From Candidatus Omnitrophota bacterium (lineage in GTDB: Bacteria > Omnitrophota > Gorgyraeia > Duberdicusellales > 4484-171): a stretch of 64,000 bases of DNA. The first letter of the stretch is position 1, and each line of letters opens with the position of its first letter. The position numbers and the translations under genes are program-made. Location of the stretch: the NCBI GenBank assembly GCA_003154195.1, contig PMCS01000008.1, forward strand, positions 79,366 through 143,365, given 5' to 3'. Below, piece by piece: positions 9,108 through 18,454 of the stretch. The notes beneath the pieces are model-generated. The model did not search any database, had not been told where the DNA came from, and worked only from the letters and a program-made list of their open reading frames with translations.

Positions 9108-9559
9108 ATTCGGATGCTCTCCCTCTCCTCTATTTCCGCTATCTTTTTTAATCTACGCTGGTGCCTCCCACCTTCAAATCCCGTCTTCAGCCAGGCCAAA
9201 ATAACTTTTTTGAGATAATCACCCTTTAGAAAGCCGGCCGGTAAAACCAAAACGTTGCTGTCATTATGCTGCCGGGTAAGCTTGGCGGTTTTTAAATTGA
9301 AAACGAGAGCGGCGCGCGCCCCCCGGACTTTATTGGCGGCGATGCAACTTCCAATACCAGTATAGCAGATGACAATCGCTCTATCCACTTTTTTCTCGCG
9401 TACCGCCAGGCATGCCGGATAAATATAATCAGGATAATCGCAGGGGTCGTCCGAATGAGTGCCGAAATCAATAACCTCATACCCCTTATCCTTTAAAAAA
9501 TCCGTAAGGATATTTTTAAGTTTAAACCCGCGATGATCGCCGGCGATAGCTATTTTCAT
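9101..9559 (-). CDS. rpiB: ribose-5-phosphate isomerase B
   Basis: MKIAIAGDHRG, DYPD, CYTGIG..IAANK, RQHNDSN, FEGGRHQRR. The ORF-track extension to 9607 is repeat DNA. Confidence 0.96.
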   Translation of the reverse strand: MKIAIAGDHRGFKLKNILTDFLKDKGYEVIDFGTHSDDPCDYPDYIYPACLAVREKKVDRAIVICYTGIGSCIAANKVRGARAALVFNLKTAKLTRQHNDSNVLVLPAGFLKGDYLKKVILAWLKTGFEGGRHQRRLKKIAEIEERESIRMG

Positions 9560-9569
9560 TGTTTTATAT

Positions 9570-9634
9570 ACACAGATAATCACTGATGAGACGATGCAGA
9601 TGATCACAGATAAATATCAGCGATAATTAGCGTT
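9570..9634. repeat. CACAGAT-type 9/10-mer simple repeat
   Basis: cacagataat cactgat..tgcagatgat cacagat, then the inverted atcagcg/attagcg units. Confidence 0.55.
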
Positions 9635-9636
9635 CT

Positions 9637-10701
9637 TCACAGCCATTCCTTCAATTCCACGATTGCTTCTTTTATAATATCAAATGCTTCTTCATAATGT
9701 TCCTGGCTCTTGCCGATAGGATCGGGAACGCCGATCACTCTTCCATCGGATAAAAATTTTCTCAACGGGAAAACCCTGCCTTCTGCCGTCGGTTCAAGCT
9801 TTAAAACGTAATCGGTATGCGCGTCTTCCATGGTAAAAATCAAATCCGAAGAAAGAATCAACTGCCGGTTAAGTTTTGTCGCGCGAAAACCCCTGATATC
9901 CATGCTTTCTTTTTCTTTTAAAAGACTGACGATGGAACTGGAAGCCGCGGAGCCTTCATAAGCATAAACGCCGGCGGAGATTATTTCATACCGATCTCTT
10001 AAATATGGCTTCGATTCGTCAATCTGCTTCTCCAGAATAAATTGGGCCATGGGAGAGCGACAAGTATTGCCCGTACAGATAAAAATAACCCGTTTTTTTA
10101 TAAAAACATCGACGATTTCTCTTTCCGATATCGTCCCTTCCCGCAAAATCTTGAAAGGATTACACGTTAAATCTACAACCGTAGATGCTTGCCGATAAAG
10201 GGACGGCCCGCTGTCGACAATTAAATCCACAAGGTTTCCTAAGCCGGATTCGACTTCCTGAGCGGATGCCGCCTCCGGCTTACCGCTTAAATTTGCCGAA
10301 GGCAAATAGACCGGCGCGTTTACCCCTTTTAAGATTTTATTGGTAACAATGTGCGCCGGAATACGTATGCCTAATTTTTCGTCTTTATCCGAATAATAAA
10401 TCATCGTCAGCGGCCCCGGCCAAAATTTTTCCATCAGCCGATAAGCAAAGGGGGGCATTACGGTAAAATAGTAATCCCTTGCCTTTTCCCAGCTATCGGA
10501 AACAATGGCAAAAGGTTTATCGGGCGGCCGGTTTTTTATCCGGGCAAGTCTCTGCACGGCATCTTTGTTCTCGGCATAAGCCGCCAAACCATAAACTGTT
10601 TCCGTAGGCAAAACAACAATCATCCCGTTTAAGATAGCATCCACCGCTTTACCGATAAGCGCAAAATCAATTTTCTGAGGATCAATAAATATTTTTTCCA
10701 T
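9637..10701 (-). CDS. fusion of threonylcarbamoyl-AMP synthase (TsaC/Sua5) and low-molecular-weight protein tyrosine/arginine phosphatase
   Basis: PTETVYGL, KNRPPDKP, WPGPLT, SANLSG, followed by FICTGNTCRSPMA and VPDPIG. Confidence 0.92.
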   Translation of the reverse strand: MEKIFIDPQKIDFALIGKAVDAILNGMIVVLPTETVYGLAAYAENKDAVQRLARIKNRPPDKPFAIVSDSWEKARDYYFTVMPPFAYRLMEKFWPGPLTMIYYSDKDEKLGIRIPAHIVTNKILKGVNAPVYLPSANLSGKPEAASAQEVESGLGNLVDLIVDSGPSLYRQASTVVDLTCNPFKILREGTISEREIVDVFIKKRVIFICTGNTCRSPMAQFILEKQIDESKPYLRDRYEIISAGVYAYEGSAASSSIVSLLKEKESMDIRGFRATKLNRQLILSSDLIFTMEDAHTDYVLKLEPTAEGRVFPLRKFLSDGRVIGVPDPIGKSQEHYEEAFDIIKEAIVELKEWL

Positions 10702-10702
10702 A

Positions 10703-10826
10703 TTATTTTTTGCTGCGCAAAAAATAACCGCCATCCGCTTCGTCCCGACGCGCCTGAATATCGCGAAAATACCTTTTCAGACATTTTCGCGAAGCTTTCG
10801 GGACTCCGCTTACGCTTCGCGGATGA
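10703..10826. repeat. family C element with nested insert in its second hairpin
   Basis: TTATTTTTTGCTGCGCAAAAAATAA, then CCATCCGCTTCG[TCCCGA..TCGCGAAAAT..ATTTTCGCGA..TCGGGA..]..GCGGATG. Confidence 0.7.
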
Positions 10827-10885
10827 AGAACGGTATATTGAAACGCGGGTACCTTGCCACAAAGCAGGCAATCATAAGCAATTCT

Positions 10886-11353
10886 TTATTTAAATTTAAG
10901 CTTCAACACTCTCAATACCGGGCAATACTTCTTATCTTTCAAAGCAAGAATCTCTACGGCGAGAATAATAGAATTCAAAAATGCCGGTTTGCCGATACCG
11001 GCGCAAGCTATGCCCAACCCTTTGGGGATACTGACCATGGAAAAAACGGCATCCAGGCCATCGAGCATACCGCCTTTTAACGCCACGCCGATAACCGGTA
11101 TATTTACATAAGAAGCGATGAACCCGGGAAGCGCCGCGGCCATGCCGGCGCAGGCAATTATCACACCAACCCCTTGTTTCTCCACATTCAAGCAATATTC
11201 CCGCAGTTTTTCCGGATGGCGATGCGCCGAAATAACCTGCAAGTCATATCCGATATTTAACTCATTCAACAAATCAAAGCCTTCTTTCAAAGTTTCCAAG
11301 TCGCTTTTACTGCCTGCCACAACCGCTATTTCTTTTTTCGGTATTTTCATCAT
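10886..11353 (-). CDS. purE: N5-CAIR mutase / AIR carboxylase PurE
   Basis: GSKSD, VISAHRHP, AGMAAALPG, PVIGV, GLDAVFSMV. ATG 11353 follows GGAGG. Confidence 0.93.
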   Translation of the reverse strand: MMKIPKKEIAVVAGSKSDLETLKEGFDLLNELNIGYDLQVISAHRHPEKLREYCLNVEKQGVGVIIACAGMAAALPGFIASYVNIPVIGVALKGGMLDGLDAVFSMVSIPKGLGIACAGIGKPAFLNSIILAVEILALKDKKYCPVLRVLKLKFK

Positions 11354-11491
11354 TCGCCTCCCGAATATCGCAGATAAAAAGAATCCTTCAACTCGGCGAA
11401 GTCTCATTAATAAAAATTGAGCCCGCAAGCTTGCTTCGCCGCTACAACAGCGCAACCGCCTAACGGGCTCAACTATTCTACCTTACTGCCG

Positions 11492-12802
11492 TTAAGATTT
11501 CAACGCCTTATTTCCGATATCGTTGCGATAATGCAATCCGTGAAAAAAGATATTTTTAATCGCGCCGTAAACTTTATCCCGCGCGTCGCCGATAGTATCG
11601 CCTAACGCGCAAACATTTAAAACTCTTCCGCCGTTGGTTATGAATACCTTTCTTTCCTCTTCTGAATTTACCTTATCGGATTTTCTTCTCTGGTCCATTT
11701 TTGTGCCGGCATGAAAAATAAAGATATCTTTCATCTGACCAACAACACCAAGGCCGCCGATGACCTTACCCGTCTCATAATCACCGGGGTAACCGGCGGA
11801 AGCCAGAACAACGCTAAGACAAAACCGATTATCCCATTCAAGCTTTACGCCTTCCAGCTTACCATCAACCGCCCTAAGCATAACCTCGATTAAATCGCTT
11901 TTCAGCTTAGGTAAAATTGACTGGGCCTCGGGATCGCCAAAGCGGACATTGAACTCCAAAACATAAGGTTCATTATTTTTAACCATAATCCCTGCGTACA
12001 AGACCCCCCGATAGGGTTTTCCCTCCGCGGCTAAACCCTGGATGAGCGGCTTAAAAATTTTTTCGCTTATTTTAGCGGACAATTCCTGGTTAATCAGCGG
12101 CGCCGGCGAATAAGCGCCCATCCCGCCGGTATTCGGGCCTTTATCCCCATCAAAAATACACTTATGATCCTGAGAGCTTTCCAACAATACGATATTCTTG
12201 CCGTCGGTAATCGCCAGGATCGAAGCTTCCTGTCCATCCAGGTATTCTTCGATAACAACCCTGTCTCCGCTTGGACCAAATTCCTTTTTTACCATTATCA
12301 AATCTATGGCATCGGACGCTTCTTGAATAGTTTTAGCCACGACTACGCCCTTGCCCGCGGCTAAACCGTCGGCTTTAATGACAATGGGCACGCCTTTTTC
12401 TTTAATATATTTTTTCGCCGCCTGCGGTTCGTTAAAAACAGCAAAATCTGCCGTAGGAATTTTATATTTCCGCATTGTTTCCTTGGCAAAAACCTTGCTG
12501 CTTTCAAGCTTTGCCGACTCTTTATCGGGGCCGAATATTTTCAGGCCATGAGCAATAAACACATCGACAATACCATCAGCCAGTGGCGCTTCCGGGCCGA
12601 CTATCGTAAGGTCGATTGCTCTATCTTTTGCGAATTTCAAAAGCCCAGTAATATCATCAGAGTCAATGGCGATATTTTCGGCGGCTAAAGATGTCCCGCC
12701 GTTGCCCGGCGCGCAATAAATTTTTTCCACCAGCTTCGACTGGGCGATTTTCCAGCATAAACAATGTTCCCTTCCGCCTGAACCAATAACTAATATTTTC
12801 AT
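11492..12802 (-). CDS. purD: phosphoribosylamine-glycine ligase
   Basis: GSGGREH, GPEAPL, KADGLAAGKGV, GPNTGGMGAYSP, EFNVRFGDPE. Confidence 0.99.
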   Translation of the reverse strand: MKILVIGSGGREHCLCWKIAQSKLVEKIYCAPGNGGTSLAAENIAIDSDDITGLLKFAKDRAIDLTIVGPEAPLADGIVDVFIAHGLKIFGPDKESAKLESSKVFAKETMRKYKIPTADFAVFNEPQAAKKYIKEKGVPIVIKADGLAAGKGVVVAKTIQEASDAIDLIMVKKEFGPSGDRVVIEEYLDGQEASILAITDGKNIVLLESSQDHKCIFDGDKGPNTGGMGAYSPAPLINQELSAKISEKIFKPLIQGLAAEGKPYRGVLYAGIMVKNNEPYVLEFNVRFGDPEAQSILPKLKSDLIEVMLRAVDGKLEGVKLEWDNRFCLSVVLASAGYPGDYETGKVIGGLGVVGQMKDIFIFHAGTKMDQRRKSDKVNSEEERKVFITNGGRVLNVCALGDTIGDARDKVYGAIKNIFFHGLHYRNDIGNKALKS

Positions 12803-12889
12803 GTTTACCCCCTAGCGCGGTGAAACCGGCATCCGTATTTCTATTCCTTTCGGTTAATTGCCCTTTATACCTGTTGTGTTGTGTTTATT

Positions 12890-12918
12890 ATTATACTCCA
12901 AAACAAATAGAATGTCAG
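12890..12918 (-). promoter_or_regulatory. sigma70-type promoter upstream of purD
   Basis: CTGACA-17 nt-TATAAT on the minus strand. Confidence 0.6.
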
Positions 12919-12973
12919 CGGAAAATAATTATTTCGGCTTTACGCTAAATATAATGTTCAAGCCTGATATTTT

Positions 12974-14410
12974 TCAATGAAGATTACTCACGAAGCCGGT
13001 TAATTTTTTTTCCAACTCGCCAAGGCTGACGCCGAGCTTATCTTCCAAAACCCCGATGCGTTCATCAACACTTAAGATTCGCCGGTTTTCGTTATTCAAA
13101 GCGACCATGTATTTAAAAAACTGCGGCCGGAATTGCGGCTGCATCAAATAATAGAATAACGCCCAACTTTCCTTATAGGCGAGATTTTCTTCATCCCGGC
13201 CTAAATTATAAAATTTAGCGTTATCGGTATAGGAAAATAAATCCTTCAAAGCGATATATTTATTAGCGGTTATTGCCGTTTTAAAAATACTTAAATTTTC
13301 GCGGGAGAGAACGCCGATGGACGATGTCTGGCAAAACGTTGCCAAGCCTTCGATAAGCCAGGTATCAAAATTATTACCCGCCAACACTCCCAGCTCAAAG
13401 GATAGTTGATGCGCCGATTCGTGGCGTAAAACTTCGATATTGCTTCCCTTGGCGGAAAAAGTAATATTGTTCATATACCCCGACAACGACGCCTCGTAGC
13501 TTTCGATCTGGCGCAGGTTATGCTGGTAGGTTTCATAGTCAATATCGGCATATTTTTTGTTATCCTCTTTCATCTTCCTGATTCGTTCATTTTCCCGCAT
13601 TACATAATCACCGGCCTGTTTGTAATATGCTTCCTCAAAAAAGTTATACATCGCAAACAGGTTAGATCGGGGATTATAAAATCCCGAGGAACCGGCGAGA
13701 TAAGGCGCAACCCTTGCCGCGTAAGAGCGGTATTCGTCGGGCTTACCGAAAACAATAACGCAGGCATGCCGGGAAAGCCTCTGGTCGATGAGTGGGTTAA
13801 AAATCGCGTTGAATTCGCTATAAAGATTACCGAGCAACCCGATAGTTTTGGCGATCTTAAAATAATCCTGGTCGGTAAAAAAACTGTAGATTCCCTTGCG
13901 GTAAAACTTAAAATTCTTGAATTCTTTCCTGACCTTTATCTCGACAAGCGTAATCTCGGCATTTTCGCTACCAGCAGCCTCGGCCCATAGAATATCTTTC
14001 CGGGCGAGCCTGCGCACAATGTTCCCGGAATTGCCGAATACCTGCCTTACGTTAATATAGTCCGCGACAGCAGTTTGCGCGATGCCGGTAACTTTAGACC
14101 CATCCCTTAGATGAAAAACGGTTTCATCTAAGGGCGCGATTTCTCCTATCAGTTGTTTTTTTATCGCCAGGTCTTCCGCGCTTAGATTATCGTTGTCGCC
14201 CGGCCGCTTAAAGGCGGCGGCTGAATTCGTCTCGGCAATAATACCGTATCCCGGTTTATCTTTCAAAGTATGGTGCGCCGGCGCCATGTCTTTAATCCCC
14301 AGGGAAAATTTGGCTAAAAGCTGTCCCCGATAGAAGAAACGATCGGCAACGTCGAAGATAACGGCGGCGGCAACGAGAAATATAAGGATTTTTAAAAATC
14401 GGGGCATCAT
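12974..14410 (-). CDS. membrane-anchored/exported zinc-metallopeptidase-like protein (DUF1570-like)
   Basis: N-terminal TM, GFYNP, LRHESAHQ (HExxH), WLIEGLATF, YKESWALFYYL. Confidence 0.75.
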   Translation of the reverse strand: MMPRFLKILIFLVAAAVIFDVADRFFYRGQLLAKFSLGIKDMAPAHHTLKDKPGYGIIAETNSAAAFKRPGDNDNLSAEDLAIKKQLIGEIAPLDETVFHLRDGSKVTGIAQTAVADYINVRQVFGNSGNIVRRLARKDILWAEAAGSENAEITLVEIKVRKEFKNFKFYRKGIYSFFTDQDYFKIAKTIGLLGNLYSEFNAIFNPLIDQRLSRHACVIVFGKPDEYRSYAARVAPYLAGSSGFYNPRSNLFAMYNFFEEAYYKQAGDYVMRENERIRKMKEDNKKYADIDYETYQHNLRQIESYEASLSGYMNNITFSAKGSNIEVLRHESAHQLSFELGVLAGNNFDTWLIEGLATFCQTSSIGVLSRENLSIFKTAITANKYIALKDLFSYTDNAKFYNLGRDEENLAYKESWALFYYLMQPQFRPQFFKYMVALNNENRRILSVDERIGVLEDKLGVSLGELEKKLTGFVSNLH

Positions 14411-14445
14411 AAGGGGAAGTTTGAAAACCGTAGGTTTTCATTTAT

Positions 14446-14510
14446 CTAACTCCAGCAAGAGCCGCCATTTATATTATATTAATTATCGCTCCGGCTCTTG
14501 CTGGAGTTAG
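14446..14510. repeat. 19-bp perfect inverted repeat containing the upstream gene's stop codon
   Basis: CTAACTCCAGCAAGAGCCG...CGGCTCTTGCTGGAGTTAG; related to 24353-24401. Confidence 0.8.
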
Positions 14511-15469
14511 TTTTGCTTATCCGCCGGTTTTTTCTTGCGGCTTACCATAAAATAAATCAACCCCGCCACGACAAGTAAAATAACCGAAATAGATATATTG
14601 TTTTTATCAATTTTAAATCCCGCTTCAGGCGCAAGATTTTTCTTAGACGGCACTAATCTTACCGGCGCATTCGCCAGAGAAGCCGTTGCCGCCATATCCA
14701 GTATTTTTAAACGTAACTGCCGGTCTTCGCTCTTAGGATAAGTGAATGTAAGGTTAACGCCAAAACTGCCGGCCGTAGGAAAGAACAAATAGCGGTGAAT
14801 AATACTGCCGGACGACGAGATGTCGTAGACGCAAAGATAGCTGTCGAAACCGGCAATCGTTTCCTTGTCTTTTCTTACAAAACTGAGATTGTAGCCGAAG
14901 GGGTCGGCTTTTGGCTGCTTAAAAATATCAACAAACTCATCCTTTTTTTTCTTAGCATAAGCCTGGACATCCAAATAAACAATATGATTTTTTTTCGCGG
15001 GCGGCGGCCGGTAGCTTACGGTATAATCCGTCTCAAAAGCCGGGGGAACTTCTAAATTAAACTCCGGGGCTATCTCGATAGAAAAACCATAGCGACTGTT
15101 GCGCACAAGATATGAGTCTTTTATTTTTTTCTCGCCGGCGACGGACTCGCCGGAATAACTCTCGCCCGATGCGCCGGCGGCAGGCGCATTGATTTTTAAA
15201 ATCCCCGGCTCGTCGGCTTCGATGGTAGCGATCTCTGATTTTAATATCTTCGTTTCGCCCTTGCCGACGCCGACGGCAAACTCCAGCCACACCGCTTCGT
15301 CATCTTCTTTTACAATCCGGCCGTCAAACGAATTGCCGTTTTTTAAATTAACCGTTTCCGCTCGCGCCATCGGCAATAAGGCTAACGATAAAATAATTAA
15401 AAGATATTTTAATATTAATTTTTTACCAATATCTATTTGTTTTCGCATATCAGAAATCAATAAACGCAA
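14507..15469 (-). CDS. hypothetical exported protein with C-terminal membrane anchor
   Basis: Signal peptide (..MARA/ETVNLKNG), LKNG-x-GRIV beta motif, C-terminal TM plus basic tail. Confidence 0.75.
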   Translation of the reverse strand: MRLLISDMRKQIDIGKKLILKYLLIILSLALLPMARAETVNLKNGNSFDGRIVKEDDEAVWLEFAVGVGKGETKILKSEIATIEADEPGILKINAPAAGASGESYSGESVAGEKKIKDSYLVRNSRYGFSIEIAPEFNLEVPPAFETDYTVSYRPPPAKKNHIVYLDVQAYAKKKKDEFVDIFKQPKADPFGYNLSFVRKDKETIAGFDSYLCVYDISSSGSIIHRYLFFPTAGSFGVNLTFTYPKSEDRQLRLKILDMAATASLANAPVRLVPSKKNLAPEAGFKIDKNNISISVILLVVAGLIYFMVSRKKKPADKQN

Positions 15470-15481
15470 TCACTCCTCCCC

Positions 15482-16495
15482 CTACACCATGACCATCTTT
15501 TCTCTCGCTTTAACTATCTCTCCGATAATATACGAATGAAAATTCTTATTTTTGCCCAGAAAATATAAAACCCTGGCCGCATGGTGCTTATCCAATACCA
15601 GAATCATCCCTATCCCCATGTTGAAAACCGTGCACATCTCGCGTTCGGGGATGCCGCCATTTTCCTGGATTATCTTAAAGATCCTCGGAACCGGCCAACT
15701 TTTCTTACGCAGCACCATCCCGCAACCGTCGGGGATGATTTTAGTAGCCTTGCTGTAAAACGCGCCGCCGGTGATATGGGCGATACCTTTAACCGGCGCG
15801 GCGCGCGAAGAAGAAAAAACCGAGAGTAAAGACAACACCGGTTTTACGTAAATACGGGTCGGAGCCAATAAATCTTTAGCGTATTTTTTTATATTTTTTT
15901 CACCTAAGGCCTTGCGCGCCAGGGAGAAACCGTTGGAATGTAAACCGCTCGAGCTAAGGCCGATCACAATATCGCCGGCTTTAATATCGCGGCCGTCAAC
16001 CATCTTTGTTCGGTCAACGACACCCACGCAAAAACCGGCCAAATCATATTCATCCGGTTTATACATCCCCGGCATTTCCGCGGTTTCCCCTCCTACTAAA
16101 TGGCAATCGGATTCCTGCATCCCCTGATGGATACCGGAAACAATATCTTTTAAAACTTTCGGCTTAACCTTGCCGCAGGCGATATAGTCTAAAAAAAATA
16201 ACGGCCTAGCGCCGAGGCAGATAACATCGTTAACGTTCATCCCCACCAGATCAATGCCTACGGTATTATGAATATCGCAATCGATGGCAATTCTTAGTTT
16301 GGTCCCCACCCCATCGGTCGAAGAAACTAAAACCGGGTCCTTACACCCCGATAAATACGGCGATAAGGCAAACGGCGAACCAAACGCCCGGGCGCTGGTC
16401 GGCATATTAGTCGAAACGAAATTCTTTATCCCCGCGACGAATTCATCGGCCTTCTTGATATCCACGCCGGATTTTTTATAAGTCAGTTTTTTCAT
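15482..16495 (-). CDS. purM: phosphoribosylformylglycinamidine cyclo-ligase
   Basis: YKKSGVDI, STDGVGTK, GGETAEMPG, SSGLHSNGFS, HITGG, FNMGIG. Confidence 0.98.
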   Translation of the reverse strand: MKKLTYKKSGVDIKKADEFVAGIKNFVSTNMPTSARAFGSPFALSPYLSGCKDPVLVSSTDGVGTKLRIAIDCDIHNTVGIDLVGMNVNDVICLGARPLFFLDYIACGKVKPKVLKDIVSGIHQGMQESDCHLVGGETAEMPGMYKPDEYDLAGFCVGVVDRTKMVDGRDIKAGDIVIGLSSSGLHSNGFSLARKALGEKNIKKYAKDLLAPTRIYVKPVLSLLSVFSSSRAAPVKGIAHITGGAFYSKATKIIPDGCGMVLRKKSWPVPRIFKIIQENGGIPEREMCTVFNMGIGMILVLDKHHAARVLYFLGKNKNFHSYIIGEIVKAREKMVMV

Positions 16496-16603
16496 ATTTT
16501 TTTACTCCGTAAAAAAATAACCTTCTGTAGAAAATATCTTTGGAAAATTATCTACATTAGCTACATGGCCTACATGTATGCATTGAATTGCCTTGCGAAC
16601 TTT

Positions 16604-16662
16604 GCCAGCCTCGCCTAGCCCGCCTTGCCGAACAAGTCGAGGCAGGCTCGGCTAGGCGGGCG
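16604..16662. repeat. GC-rich intergenic palindrome, preceded by a CTACAT 9-mer repeat at about 16551-16577
   Basis: GCCTCGCCTAGCC...GGCTAGGCGGGC with an inner GCCT/AGGC stem. Confidence 0.5.
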
Positions 16663-16725
16663 CCTTTACGGGAAAAGGTTTTAGTTATTTTTTCTTAACT
16701 GCAAGATGTTGATTTTCACTATGTT

Positions 16726-18111
16726 CTATTGTTCACATACATCTTTAGTCACGTTGGAGCACTTGACCGGATACTTGCCCGACCAGCACGCCGTGCAATA
16801 ATAATCGGCCTTATGTTTAAAGCACTTAAACATTCCCTCCAAACTCAAATACCCCAGGCTGTCGACTTCCAGGTACTTCTCCATTTCCTGGAGCGAATAG
16901 TTGTTGGCCAGTAATTTTTTCGGGTCGGGAAAATCAATCCCGTAGAAACAGCCGAATTTATGCGGCGGGCAAGAAACGCGCATGTGCACTTCCTTGGCGC
17001 CGAGCGCCCGGAAACTTTTAACCCTGGACTGAGAAGTCGTGCCGCGCACGATGGAATCATCGACAATCACAATCCGTTTGCCCTTGATTACTTCTTTCAA
17101 AATATTAAATTTCAGCTTAACGCCCAGCTCTCTTTTTTCCTGAAACGGCTGGATGAATGTCCGGCCGATGTAGTGGTTGCGGATAATCCCCAGTTCTAAA
17201 GGTATGCCGGATTCCTTGGCAAAGCCCAGGGCGGCGCTGGTGCCGGAATCGGGAACTCCCACAACATAATCCGCTTTAACCGGGTATTCGCGCGCCAGCC
17301 GCGCGCCCAGTTTTTCCCTGACCAAATGTACCGTTTCGCCGAAAATCACCGAATCCGGCCGGGAAAAATACACATGTTCGAAAGCGCAAAATGAAAACCG
17401 GCGCTGTTGCGCGGCATACCGGCGGCTGGAAACGCCTTTTTTATCGATTACCACCATTTCTCCCGGCTCGACCTCGGCCAATAATTGCGCGCCGGTTAAA
17501 TCGAGCGCGCATGATTCCGAAGCGACGAAATAAGTATCGCCGCTTTTACCGATACAAAGCGGCCGGAAACCTCCGGGGTCCCTGGCCGCGATAATCGCGT
17601 CTTTAGTCATCAGCAAAAGGGAAAACGCGCCGCGCAGATGTTTCATCCCATCGATAATCTTGTTCTCCAGGGAAACTGCTTTGGAACGCGCGATTAAATG
17701 CATAATCAACTCTGAATCGCAAGTCGTATGAAAAATAGCGCCCTTATCCTCCAGGCGCGCGCGCAGTTCTTCGGTATTAGTCAAATTACCGTTATGCGCC
17801 AACGCCAGAGGGTAACGATGCGATTCGACAAAAAGCGGCTGGATATTTTTAAAAGCGCTGGAACCGGTGGTCGAATAACGGACATGGCCGATTGCCTGGT
17901 GGCCTTTAAGTTTTTTTAACGAATCTTCGTTGAATACGTCGTCGACCAGCCCCATCCCCTTGTGGGAGTTGAAAACCGTGCCGTCATAAGAAATAATACC
18001 GCAGGACTCTTCGCCCCGGTGCTGGAGGGAAAAAAGCCCCAGAAAAGTCAGCGCGCTCGCCTCGTTGCTGTTGTATACTCCAAATAACCCGCAGTGATCT
18101 TTTATCGCCAT
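16726..18111 (-). CDS. purF: amidophosphoribosyltransferase
   Basis: HCGLFG catalytic Cys, LQHRG, GHVRYST, HNGNL, VDDSIVRGTT. Confidence 0.98.
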   Translation of the reverse strand: MAIKDHCGLFGVYNSNEASALTFLGLFSLQHRGEESCGIISYDGTVFNSHKGMGLVDDVFNEDSLKKLKGHQAIGHVRYSTTGSSAFKNIQPLFVESHRYPLALAHNGNLTNTEELRARLEDKGAIFHTTCDSELIMHLIARSKAVSLENKIIDGMKHLRGAFSLLLMTKDAIIAARDPGGFRPLCIGKSGDTYFVASESCALDLTGAQLLAEVEPGEMVVIDKKGVSSRRYAAQQRRFSFCAFEHVYFSRPDSVIFGETVHLVREKLGARLAREYPVKADYVVGVPDSGTSAALGFAKESGIPLELGIIRNHYIGRTFIQPFQEKRELGVKLKFNILKEVIKGKRIVIVDDSIVRGTTSQSRVKSFRALGAKEVHMRVSCPPHKFGCFYGIDFPDPKKLLANNYSLQEMEKYLEVDSLGYLSLEGMFKCFKHKADYYCTACWSGKYPVKCSNVTKDVCEQ

Positions 18112-18166
18112 AGTTTTTTATTCCTTTTATTCGCTGTTCCAGCGAATTTCTATAAAACAATTTTGC

Positions 18167-18423
18167 GCCTCCGGCGGTGCCCTGCGGGCGGCGGTGTTAT
18201 AAAGCGGCTTGCCTTTGTGCTTTCCGCTCATAAGACAATTTTTTAACGGTAAAAGGCTGCGGTAATTTAGGCGGTTGCGTAACTCGCCCCGCCTCGGATA
18301 GCTCGGCGGGGCTCAAACACCCGCAACCGTCCCGGCTTCGCTTCGGGATTTCCTGAATTCCCTCAGCCTTTTACCTAAAATTGTCAAATCGCGGAAACCG
18401 CAAAGCCAATCCGTTTATAGGTT
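18167..18423. mobile_element. ~257-bp long-hairpin MITE-like element (internally deleted copy at 51392-51455)
   Basis: Nested complementary blocks GACAATTTT/AAAATTGTC, GGTAAAAGGCTG/CAGCCTTTTACC, CGGTTGCG/CGCAACCG. The 27-nt head GCCTCCGGCGGTGCCCTGCGGGCGGCG is identical at 51392. Confidence 0.7.
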
Positions 18424-18454
18424 AAAAATAAAAAAAACAAATTGTGGATAGCGA

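Noticed and set aside
9583-9590. Hammerhead ribozyme core CTGATGAG
   Set aside because: No matching GAAA or stems; it is part of a CACWGAT repeat array.
12803-12890. Purine or ZTP riboswitch upstream of purD (also checked glyA and purB)
   Set aside because: No recognisable aptamer consensus by eye; cmscan would be decisive.
14446-14510. Canonical integron attC site
   Set aside because: It is a perfect stem without extrahelical bases, one core site deviates from consensus, and no intI is in the window. Kept only as attC-shaped.
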